Below are positions 46,654-53,917 of a stretch of DNA of 53,917 nucleotides, one piece after another. The stretch's first letter is position 1. Every line of letters begins with the position of its first letter. The stretch covers positions 1 through 53,917 of the forward strand of contig CALVJP010000068.1 in assembly GCA_944332215.1 (NCBI GenBank), given 5' to 3'. Below the pieces are notes generated by a model that had not been told where the DNA came from, made no database searches, and was given only the letters and a program-made list of their open reading frames with translations. The position numbers and the translations under genes are program-made. Source of the stretch: an uncultured Bacilli bacterium. Lineage in GTDB: Bacteria > Bacillota_I > Bacilli_A > RF39 > UBA660.

Positions 46654-48402
46654 TTACCTTATTTTAATATGTACTTCCCTTAATTGCTGCTCACTAACTT
46701 CACTTGGCGAGCCCATCATATTATCTTGACCACTGACATTTGGTGGGAAAGCCTGTACTTCTCTTAAGTTGGGCTCATCTCTTAACAACATGATAATGCG
46801 ATCAAGACCAGGTGCCATCCCGGCATGAGGTGGGACACCGTATTGAAATGCAGTATAAAGTGACTGAAATTTATCTTTGACAATCTCTTCAGTATAACCT
46901 ACCAAATTAAAGCCTTTCATTAAAAGGTTAAGATCGTGATTACGAACAGCACCTGAGGACATTTCAAAGCCATTGCAAACAAAATCAAATTGATAAGCTA
47001 AAATATCTTCAATTGGTCCATCGTAAGCTTTGGCTCCGCCTTGAGGCATACTGAATGGATTATGGCCAAAATCGTATTTGCCCTCTTCTTCATTATATTC
47101 AAATAATGGCATATCATTGATAATGCAAAATTCATAAACGTTAGGATCAATTAAATCTAAACGTTTACCTAACTCTGTACGAATTAAACCGGCCTGTTTA
47201 GAGGCAATATCAGGTTTCCTATCAGCAATAAAGAAAACAACCCCGTTAGGCTTTAATGCACAAGTATCGATTAAGTCTTTGCGCTCAGCTTCTGTTAAGA
47301 ATTTATCAATGGGCCCTTTGAAAGTGCCATCTTCGAGGTATGAAAGATAACCAATACCAGGCATACCAATAGTTTTAGCATAATCAACAACTTCATTAAA
47401 CCAAGAATTTGATTTGCCAGCTAAATTATCTACTTTAATAGCTCTGACCGTCGTTCCTTTAAAAGGTTTAAACTCACTTTCTTTAAAAATAGCACTAACA
47501 TCTGTGATGATTAATGGATTTCGAAGATCAGGTTTATCGGTACCATATTTTAACATAGCTTCTTTATAAGCTATCCGCTTAAATGGTTTTGGGGAAACTT
47601 TTCTATCGGAAAAATGCGTAAATAAATCATAGAAAATCTCTTCGCCAATGTTATAAACATCCTCTTCTTCTACAAATGCCATTTCAAAATCTAATTGATA
47701 GAATTCTAAAGTACGATCAGCTCGGCAATCCTCATCGCGAAAACAAGGAGCGATTTGATAATATCGATCAAAACCACCAACCATTAGTAATTCTTTGAAA
47801 ATTTGTGGGGCTTGAGGGAGGGCATAAAATTTACCATGAAATTTACGGGAAGGAACGATAAAATCACGAGCTCCCTCTGGGGAAGAAGCTGTAAGTATTG
47901 GGGTTTGAATTTCTGTAAAATGAAGATCATCCATTTTGTTTCTCAAAAATTTTAAAATTTCGCTTCTAAACTTAATATTATCATGTACTTTTTTATTACG
48001 CATATCTAAATAACGATATTTAAGCCTAACCTCTTCATTCACACTAGTTGAAGTGATAATTTCAAAAGGTAATTCATTTTTGGCTTTACCAAGGACTTCA
48101 ATAGCTTCAATTAAAATTTCAATAGTCCCTGTCAAAATTTTAGAATTATATGTTTCTTCATCACGTTTACGAATAATACCCTCTAAAGTTACTGTCGATT
48201 CTCTTGTTAAGCCATCAAAAATGTGATCATCATTACTGACAACTTGAATAATGCCCGTTTCATCACGAACATCTAGGAAAATAACCCCGCCGTGATCACG
48301 AATATTTTCCACCCAGCCGGCGACTTTAACGGTTTTGCCTAAATCAGCTTCAGTCAGTTTTCCACAATAATGATTACGATATTTATTATTCACTTTTATC
48401 AC
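46654..48402 (-). CDS. aspS: Aspartyl-tRNA synthetase (bacterial type; probably non-discriminating given its context)
   Basis: The OB-fold N-terminus reads VKVAGWVENIRDHGGVIFLDVRDETGIIQVV. Motif 2 is CFRDEDCRADR and motif 3 is GLDRIIMLL. The start overlaps the gatB stop by 4 nt. Confidence 0.9.
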   Translation of the reverse strand: MIKVNNKYRNHYCGKLTEADLGKTVKVAGWVENIRDHGGVIFLDVRDETGIIQVVSNDDHIFDGLTRESTVTLEGIIRKRDEETYNSKILTGTIEILIEAIEVLGKAKNELPFEIITSTSVNEEVRLKYRYLDMRNKKVHDNIKFRSEILKFLRNKMDDLHFTEIQTPILTASSPEGARDFIVPSRKFHGKFYALPQAPQIFKELLMVGGFDRYYQIAPCFRDEDCRADRTLEFYQLDFEMAFVEEEDVYNIGEEIFYDLFTHFSDRKVSPKPFKRIAYKEAMLKYGTDKPDLRNPLIITDVSAIFKESEFKPFKGTTVRAIKVDNLAGKSNSWFNEVVDYAKTIGMPGIGYLSYLEDGTFKGPIDKFLTEAERKDLIDTCALKPNGVVFFIADRKPDIASKQAGLIRTELGKRLDLIDPNVYEFCIINDMPLFEYNEEEGKYDFGHNPFSMPQGGAKAYDGPIEDILAYQFDFVCNGFEMSSGAVRNHDLNLLMKGFNLVGYTEEIVKDKFQSLYTAFQYGVPPHAGMAPGLDRIIMLLRDEPNLREVQAFPPNVSGQDNMMGSPSEVSEQQLREVHIKIR

Positions 48403-49856
48403 CTCTTTGCTATTTCTTCAGCCATAGTACTTCTAGCTATGGTTGGATTAGCTGTACCACGGGTTTTTTTCATAATTTGCCCAACTAAGAAATCAACCAC
48501 GTTGGTACGTCCTTTTTTATATTGCTCAATAACATCAGGATGTTCATCTAAAACTTCGTTAGCGATTCTCACGATTTCACCGGTATCGCTCATTTGGATC
48601 AGGCCTTTTTCTTTCACCACTTCTTTTGGTGTTTGGCCACTAGTTAAACAGTGGGCAAAAACTTCTTTAGCCTGTTTTGAAGAAATTTCTTTAGTATCAA
48701 CCAAATTAATTAATTCAACTAACATGGCTGGGGTTAAAGCGATTTCTTTAATGGTAAGATCTAACTTGTTTAAACTGCCTAGTAAATTAGTGGTGACCCA
48801 ATTAGAAGCACTTTTAGGATCAGCTCCTAAGCTAATTGTTTCCTCATAAAAATCGGCTACGGCTTTTTCTTTTACTAAAATAGTAGCATCATAGTTTGTA
48901 ATTCCATATTCATTGATATAAGTTTCTTTGCGCTCACTAGCTAAAGCTGGAATTTCTTGCCGAATTTGTTCAAGCCAATTTTTATCTAATTTAATTTTTG
49001 GAATATTAGGCTCGACAAAGTATTTATAATCAATAGCATCGACTTTACTACGCATGAAAATAGTCGTGCCGGACTCTTCATCCCATCTTCTGGTATGTTG
49101 CTGCATTTCGGCATATTGACCGTTTTCTTTAAGGTCTGTTTGTCTTTCAATTTCATAATTGATAGCATCACGAACGCCCCCAAAAGAATTGACATTTTTA
49201 ATTTCGATTTTTGTTCCCCAATTAGCTGGATTGGTTTCATCTTGATTACTATCCATAATGGAAACATTAACGTCACACCTAATTTGACCTTTTTTACTAT
49301 CGGCCTCACTAATACCGGCGTACTGATATATTGAGCGCATAGTTTCTAAAAAGGCTACGGCTTCGTCAGCTGTATGTAAATCTGGCTCAGTAACTAATTC
49401 TAGTAATGGGACCCCTGCTCGATTATAGTTAATTTTAGAAATTCGGCCATAATGATCGGCTGAAGCAGCATCTTCTTCTAAATGCAAATTATTAATTCTA
49501 ACTTCTTTTTCTTCACCATTAACGTCAAATTTTAGTTTTCCATAAATACCAACGGGAGCCGGCTTTGTCTCTTGGGTAATCTGAAAACCTTTTGGTAAAT
49601 CAGGATAATAATAATTTTTTCTTTCAAAATAAATATATTCAGGCTGCTGGCAATGTAAAATCATACTAGCCATTAAAGCTTTTTTAACAGCTGCCTTATT
49701 GACAACTGGTAAGGTCCCCGGAAAAGCCATATCGACTGGTCTAATATTCGTATTTGGTTTATCAGTATATTCATTAGGAGCCGAAGAAAAAACTTTCGTA
49801 TTTGTTTCACTAATTTCACAGTGCATTTCCAGACCGATTAATACTTTATATTTCAT
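48399..49856 (-). CDS. gatB: Asp/Glu-tRNA amidotransferase subunit B
   Basis: The motifs are IGLEMHCE, LHLEEDA and a C-terminal YqeY-like tail. Confidence 0.92.
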   Translation of the reverse strand: MKYKVLIGLEMHCEISETNTKVFSSAPNEYTDKPNTNIRPVDMAFPGTLPVVNKAAVKKALMASMILHCQQPEYIYFERKNYYYPDLPKGFQITQETKPAPVGIYGKLKFDVNGEEKEVRINNLHLEEDAASADHYGRISKINYNRAGVPLLELVTEPDLHTADEAVAFLETMRSIYQYAGISEADSKKGQIRCDVNVSIMDSNQDETNPANWGTKIEIKNVNSFGGVRDAINYEIERQTDLKENGQYAEMQQHTRRWDEESGTTIFMRSKVDAIDYKYFVEPNIPKIKLDKNWLEQIRQEIPALASERKETYINEYGITNYDATILVKEKAVADFYEETISLGADPKSASNWVTTNLLGSLNKLDLTIKEIALTPAMLVELINLVDTKEISSKQAKEVFAHCLTSGQTPKEVVKEKGLIQMSDTGEIVRIANEVLDEHPDVIEQYKKGRTNVVDFLVGQIMKKTRGTANPTIARSTMAEEIAKR

Positions 49857-51313
49857 TATTTGACCTCCCCTACGGTTTGACCTTTATAATCCATAGATGC
49901 TTCTAAAGCATAAGCAATATTCAAAACATTAATATCGTCATAACATTTACCGGTGATATTCAAAGCCACGGGTAAATTACTTATAAAGCCATCGGGAATG
50001 GTAATGGAAGGAAAGCCACCAAAATTACCAATTTGCAAATGATCTTCTAAGGCCTGGGTACGTTTATCAAGCATATCCGCGGAGCCTGCTAATGGTTTAG
50101 CAGTTCCACTACCAACAGGTAAAATGACAGCGTCATACGTTTTAAATAATTCGTTCCACTTATCTACCAATAAACGCCTAACTCTTTGGGCATTATGGAA
50201 ATAACGTTCTTTATTTTGAGCTTGCAAAACATAAGAGCCGATTACGAAACGACGTTTAATTAATGGGGAAAAACCTTTAGTACGATAGTTTTTCATCTCT
50301 TCATCATATTTTTCTCCGTCAGCACGTGGTCCAAAGATAAAACCAGTTAAATTGGACATATTTGACGTAGCTTCGGCACAAGAAATAACAACATAAACTG
50401 AGGGCATAGCTTCTAATAATTTATGATCAACAGAAACTTCTTCAATTTTCATTCCCAGATCACGACATTTTTGAAGTACTTGCCTAAAGTTAGCTAGGTG
50501 TTCTTTTAATTCGGGCTTAGCATCAGGATACATGGCAATATCACATATTTCTTTAATATAACAAAGTTTTTTACCTTTGACATCAGCTGATAAAGATTGA
50601 TATAAATTAATGTCCTTAGAATCCCAACTAGTCATATCGTTATGATCCTGACCTTTCATGGCATCGGTCACTAAAGCGGCATCTTCTACACTACGAGCTA
50701 AAACCCCACAATGGTCTAAACTGCTAGCAAAAGGAAATAAACCATACCTAGAAATCATTCCATAGGTTGGCTTATATCCAACAATTCCGCAATAAGCTGC
50801 TGGTTTTCTGATAGAATCACCCGTGTCACTACCAGTGGCATAAGGATAAACTCCAGCTGCTACAGCAGCGGCACTGCCGGCTGATGAGCCTGCACACATT
50901 CTGGAAGTATCCCAAGGGTTTTTGACGATTCCAGTATGACCAGTAGTTCCCGTACCACCCATTCCAAATTCATCTAAAACGGTTTTATTAACCATAACCG
51001 CTCCATGTTTTTGAAGATTACTAATCGCCGTAGCGGTGAAAAATGGCACATAGTCCTTTAAAGTATTGGAAGAGCCTGTACTAAGCACACCTTTCGTACT
51101 ATAATTATCTTTAACACCATAAGGAATACCTGATAAAATGTCATCGGTAACTTCACAAGGTTTAGCTTCGTCTAAAATTGTCACAAAGGCATTACATTTA
51201 TCTTGAAGTTGATGTGATTTTTCAAGTGATTCTTTGATCAGATCAGCACTTGTCACGTTTCCGTTTTTTAAAGCCTCATGAATTTCTTTTAAGCTTTTAT
51301 TCATATATTCCAT
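49856..51313 (-). CDS. gatA: Asp/Glu-tRNA amidotransferase subunit A
   Basis: The amidase signature is GSSAGSAAAVAAG...GSDTGDSIRKPA. The ATG at 51313 lies 1 nt after the gatC stop. Confidence 0.92.
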   Translation of the reverse strand: MEYMNKSLKEIHEALKNGNVTSADLIKESLEKSHQLQDKCNAFVTILDEAKPCEVTDDILSGIPYGVKDNYSTKGVLSTGSSNTLKDYVPFFTATAISNLQKHGAVMVNKTVLDEFGMGGTGTTGHTGIVKNPWDTSRMCAGSSAGSAAAVAAGVYPYATGSDTGDSIRKPAAYCGIVGYKPTYGMISRYGLFPFASSLDHCGVLARSVEDAALVTDAMKGQDHNDMTSWDSKDINLYQSLSADVKGKKLCYIKEICDIAMYPDAKPELKEHLANFRQVLQKCRDLGMKIEEVSVDHKLLEAMPSVYVVISCAEATSNMSNLTGFIFGPRADGEKYDEEMKNYRTKGFSPLIKRRFVIGSYVLQAQNKERYFHNAQRVRRLLVDKWNELFKTYDAVILPVGSGTAKPLAGSADMLDKRTQALEDHLQIGNFGGFPSITIPDGFISNLPVALNITGKCYDDINVLNIAYALEASMDYKGQTVGEVK

Positions 51314-51314
51314 A

Positions 51315-51617
51315 TTATCCCACCATCCTTGGTACTTCAACTTCCTGACCGTCGTTCTCATCACAATTGGCTAGTAGCTCATCGATTGGTATTGACTCTT
51401 CAACCACATCTTCGCGAAAATCACAGATAAAATTATCCAAACAATGAGTCATTGGCTCGACGCTTTCAATGTTTGGAATTTCATTAATTAAATCAATATT
51501 GGTATCGATGATCGCAAATTCATCTAAAACCATTTGATTTTCTTCGGGTGTTAATCCGATTAATAGTTTATCGGCATAATCGTCAACCATTTCTTTAGTA
51601 AATTTTACATTTGCCAT
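51315..51617 (-). CDS. gatC: Asp/Glu-tRNA amidotransferase subunit C
   Basis: A 100-aa acidic protein directly upstream of gatA, with an AAGGAGGA RBS. Confidence 0.85.
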   Translation of the reverse strand: MANVKFTKEMVDDYADKLLIGLTPEENQMVLDEFAIIDTNIDLINEIPNIESVEPMTHCLDNFICDFREDVVEESIPIDELLANCDENDGQEVEVPRMVG

Positions 51618-51634
51618 GAAAATTCCTCCTTATA

Positions 51635-51677
51635 CAAAAAATAGGATAGTAGGAACTATGACCTACGACCCTACTAT
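51635..51677 (-). terminator. Hairpin plus T6 between the tRNA-Asn array and gatC. It looks derived from a decayed tRNA-Asn 3' half.
   Basis: The minus strand reads ATAGTAGG-GTCGTAGGTCATAGTT-CCTACTAT followed by CCTATTTTTT. GGGTCGTAGGT and TCCTAC match the T-arm region of the adjacent tRNA-Asn genes. Confidence 0.4.
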
Positions 51678-51709
51678 ATTAAATGGGCTATCCCATATTA
51701 ATGTTAAAG

Positions 51710-51785
51710 TGGCGCCTGATGTAGGACTCGAACCTACGACCCAACGGTTAACAGCCGTTTGCTCTACCGACTGAGCTAATCAGGC
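51710..51785 (-). tRNA. tRNA-Asn (GTT), copy 1, CCA encoded
   Basis: GCCTGAT TA GCTC AGTCGGTA GAGC A AACGG CTGTTAA CCGTT GGGTC GTAGG TTCGAGT CCTAC ATCAGGC G CCA. Confidence 0.93.
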
Positions 51786-51790
51786 ATAAG

Positions 51791-51866
51791 TGGCGCTCAA
51801 TGTAGGACTCGAACCTACGACCCAACGGTTAACAGCCGTTTGCTCTACCGACTGAGCTAATTGAGC
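51791..51866 (-). tRNA. tRNA-Asn (GTT), copy 2, CCA encoded
   Basis: The body is the same as copy 1, with acceptor stem GCTCAAT/ATTGAGC. A 5-nt spacer (CTTAT on the minus strand) separates the copies. Confidence 0.93.
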
Positions 51867-51871
51867 ATAAG

Positions 51872-51947
51872 TGGCGCCTAATGTAGGACTCGAACCTACG
51901 ACCCAACGGTTAACAGCCGTTTGCTCTACCAACTGAGCTAATTAGGC
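51872..51947 (-). tRNA. tRNA-Asn (GTT), copy 3, CCA encoded
   Basis: The acceptor stem is GCCTAAT/ATTAGGC and the D-loop is AGTTGG. The 5' end lies 8 nt after the T-box terminator T5 run. Confidence 0.93.
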
Positions 51948-52209
51948 AAATAAATAAAAAACAGCCATAACATCCTTATTATAAGGACGAATAACTGTAA
52001 TTCGCGGTACCACCTTATTTGTCATATACATGACCTCTTTATAGTTTCCTTTAAGAAACGTATAATATGGTAACGGATTACAGCCGACTTATCTTACTAT
52101 TATTTCAGATAAATTACTCCGTGGTGTTTTTCATATTAGATTTATTACTAGCTCTCATCATCCTAGCTTGCTTTAAATAAACGCTTAATATTACTCTTCC
52201 ACTTCTCAG
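51948..52209 (-). promoter_or_regulatory. T-box riboswitch leader, specifier most likely AAC (Asn)
   Basis: All elements were read on the minus strand. The K-turn/base is ACTGAGAAGTGG...CCACGGAGT. The AGTA box is AAGAGTA. The 3' side of the specifier loop is GAAA-AAC-A (AAC at 52125-52127) immediately before helix CCAC. The AG bay is AAAGCAAG. The distal loop GATGATGAGAG is closed by CTAG/CTAG. The F-box is CCGTTA. Stem III is GTCAT-GTAT-ATGAC. The T-box is AATAAGGTGGTACCGCGAAT (52002-52015 core). The antiterminator is TAAGG/UGGUACC bulge/GCGAAT-loop-ATTCGT/CCTTA. The competing terminator is CGTCCTTAT-A-ATAAGGATG, extended and followed by T5ATTT. Confidence 0.88.
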
Positions 52210-52238
52210 TATTTATATCAATTATTTTAAAACAATAT

Positions 52239-52315
52239 TTGGTAGTCCGTACGGGATTTGAACCCGTGAGTGCATGCGTGAAAGGCATGTGTGTTAAACC
52301 GCTTCACCAACGGAC
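52239..52315 (-). tRNA. tRNA-Glu (TTC), CCA encoded
   Basis: GGTCCGT..CATGC CTTTCAC GCATG..ACGGG TTCAAAT CCCGT ACGGACT A CCA. Confidence 0.9.
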
Positions 52316-52324
52316 CAAATAAAA

Positions 52325-52401
<77 letters not shown>

Positions 52402-52421
52402 ATCTGACATTTGACTTTATA

Positions 52422-52450
52422 AGTATACCTTATTTTATGAATTTTGACAA
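52422..52450 (-). promoter_or_regulatory. Sigma-A promoter of the tRNA-Ile/tRNA-Glu transcription unit
   Basis: The minus strand reads TTGTCA - 17 nt - TATACT, about 20 nt upstream of the tRNA-Ile 5' end. Confidence 0.6.
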
Positions 52451-52583
52451 GTATTTTGAATAAAAAATTTCACAAAAAATGTAAAATGAGTAATTTCTTT
52501 ATTATTCTAGCATATTTAATTTCGTTATTCAAGTTTTTTATCGCCTATTTATGTGGTATAATTTTCATAAAGGATGTGATTCT

Positions 52584-53237
52584 ATGCCCTCTTGGCCTGT
52601 TCATATAGCCCTAGCAAATAAACTTAATAAAAAATTAAAACTTGGTGATGACTTTATTATTGGTAATGTTATTCCTGATGCCATGAATGGTTTTATTATC
52701 AAAAATGTTTCTAAAGCAGTTGGCCATCAGACTACTCATTATAGCTCAGGAAAAGGTCAAATTGCTCTAACAAGTTTTTTAGCAAATTATCAGGCAAAAA
52801 TGAAAAATCCTATTATTATGGGCTATTTTGTACATTTATTAACAGATGCTTATTTTAACAATTATACTCATGAACAACATATAATTATCAAAGATGATAA
52901 AAAAGGGGCGATTTTAAATGACGGTACGGTCTCTTTCGCGCTGACGCCTTGGCAAATTAAACAGGATGACTTTCATAAATTTGGCGATCAACTTATCTTG
53001 GATAAACGTTTAGGAAATATTGTTAAACTTTCCCAAAAAACCACGGATTATCTACAAGATTTAAATTTTCTCATTACCAATAATGACTTAGAAAAAATAA
53101 TTGCCAAAATTAATGGCTTGATTACCAAAGATGCACAAATGCATAATAATTATAAAATGTTTACTTTGCCGGAATTAGAAGAAGTTTTAGATAATTGTTA
53201 CTACTATATTCTGGACTATTTAGCCAAGATAAAATGA
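52584..53237 (+). CDS. Zinc-dependent phospholipase C / YdjM-like metal hydrolase family protein
   Basis: The N-terminal SWPVHIALA...GNVIPD...HQTTHY...FVHLLTDAYFNNY pattern of His/Asp ligands is present. The start is taken at MPSWPVH. Confidence 0.45.
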   Translation: MPSWPVHIALANKLNKKLKLGDDFIIGNVIPDAMNGFIIKNVSKAVGHQTTHYSSGKGQIALTSFLANYQAKMKNPIIMGYFVHLLTDAYFNNYTHEQHIIIKDDKKGAILNDGTVSFALTPWQIKQDDFHKFGDQLILDKRLGNIVKLSQKTTDYLQDLNFLITNNDLEKIIAKINGLITKDAQMHNNYKMFTLPELEEVLDNCYYYILDYLAKIK

Positions 53238-53651
53238 CTACTTACAGCAGTCATTTTTTTCGTCACGGTCAAATAAGAGGTGTAACATATAGATACTATT
53301 AGCCTCATTAATAACAAGGCATTTTCTAACTGGGCATAGGCCTTTACGATAGCCAATTAAGGTATAAACTCCCGGTTCTAAACCCGTAAATTGATAATTA
53401 CCACAGGTATTGGTGCTTGTCTGGGCAATAATATTACCCCCCTTACATAATTTAATACAAGCTCTGATGGCAATTTTAATACAAGTTTCACAGTCATTAA
53501 TAATAGCTGTGCCAACTATCGTACTATTAGATAAGCTATCATTACTAATAATAAAATGGGCATCTTCATTATTGGTTTGGCAAAATGGTGCATCGCAACC
53601 GATCATTTGCTTGGCACCAGTACCAAGTGGAGTTAATAGGTTATCTTCCAT
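53238..53651 (-). CDS. Cys-rich small protein with a carboxypeptidase-regulatory-like (CarboxypepD_reg) beta-sandwich motif
   Basis: GNYQFTGLEPGVYTLIGYRKG is typical of the fold. There are 13 Cys in 137 aa, including a C-terminal CCK. A GAAAGGAG RBS precedes MEDNLL. Confidence 0.45.
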   Translation of the reverse strand: MEDNLLTPLGTGAKQMIGCDAPFCQTNNEDAHFIISNDSLSNSTIVGTAIINDCETCIKIAIRACIKLCKGGNIIAQTSTNTCGNYQFTGLEPGVYTLIGYRKGLCPVRKCLVINEANSIYMLHLLFDRDEKNDCCK

Positions 53652-53810
53652 AACAAAACTCCTTTCATCATAATATATGTGAGAAATCAAAAATGATATG
53701 TTTTAATGACACAGTATAAAATTGTTTTTGGTGAATTTCAAAAGTAAAATGTAAATTCATCAGAAAAATAAAAAGTGCAAGTTTTAGTTGATAAAATTTG
53801 TACTTTTTTC

Positions 53811-53839
53811 TTGGCAATTTTGAATAAAAGTGGTAATAT
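53811..53839 (+). promoter_or_regulatory. Putative sigma-A promoter reading out of the right end of the window
   Basis: TTGGCA - 17 nt - TAATAT. Confidence 0.4.
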
Positions 53840-53917
53840 AATTATGAAATTGATTAAATTATGACACGCAAAAGAGGTTTTGCCAAAAAACGTGCAAAAC
53901 TAAATTGAGATTATCAT

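Noticed and set aside
51710-51947. Three 76-nt direct repeats with 5-nt spacers could superficially look like a repeat array or a CRISPR-like structure.
   Set aside because: Each unit folds into a complete cloverleaf with a GTT anticodon and an encoded CCA. The spacers are only 5 nt and identical. These are tandem tRNA genes.
52124-52131. Alternative specifier readings of GAAAAACA, namely AAA (Lys).
   Set aside because: In canonical T-boxes the codon is followed by a conserved purine that directly abuts the lower helix. Only AAC-A satisfies this, and AAC matches the downstream tRNA-Asn and transamidation genes. AAA would be followed by A/C and would lie further from the helix. GAA is kept as a low-probability second reading in a separate finding.
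51955-52238. This region was first considered as a possible SRP RNA, 6S RNA, RNase P RNA or tmRNA, because it is a 280-nt structured gap within a tRNA cluster.
   Set aside because: No hallmark motifs of those RNAs are present, such as the GGAAGCAGC-type SRP domain IV, the GAAAGTCCGGGC of RNase P, or a tRNA-like tmRNA end. Every T-box element is present in the right order.

Overview
This is a low-GC (about 30%) chromosomal segment from a spore-forming Firmicute. The gene content and signal-peptide style look Erysipelotrichia- or Clostridia-like, and almost every gene is on the minus strand.

**Housekeeping backbone:**
- infC-rpmI-rplT with an attenuator leader
- efp and rpmG (missing from the ORF track)
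- a class B PBP and nfo
- spoIIP, gpr and rpsT
- dnaB-like and dnaI, yebC-family, rnc, yidD
- add, galE, cysE
- gatCAB-aspS and six tRNA genes

**Accessory content:**
- Two sortase-plus-surface-protein cassettes. One is a thioester-domain protein with a sortase, wedged between gpr and spoIIP. The other is a 1704-aa Cna/FctA-type adhesin with a class-B-like sortase.
- A Bce-type peptide-antibiotic sensing and detoxification module whose permease carries one in-frame TAA.
- A frameshifted DUF1016 nuclease pseudogene.
- A GH25 muramidase.
- Several domain-fusion or repeat proteins.

**Most notable observation:** a complete, canonical T-box riboswitch sits at 51948-52209 (minus strand). It has a K-turn, a specifier loop reading AAC-A, an AG bay, a distal loop, an F-box, Stem III, the GGTGGTACCGCG antiterminator and a terminator. 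Its terminator U-tract ends only 8 nt before three tandem tRNA-Asn(GTT) genes, which are followed by gatC-gatA-gatB-aspS. The riboswitch therefore appears to gate transcription of its own tRNA ligand together with the transamidation machinery that charges it.

**Other leads:**
- 15- and 20-nt homopolymeric T tracts fill the spacers of two near-identical promoters. This is candidate phase variation.
- L20 is fused to a Rho_N/SAP-like tail.
- An ASCH domain is fused to a cytidine deaminase.
- One protein is built from a 23-residue tandem repeat.

All calls come from reading the sequence and the ORF translations by eye. No database search was run.
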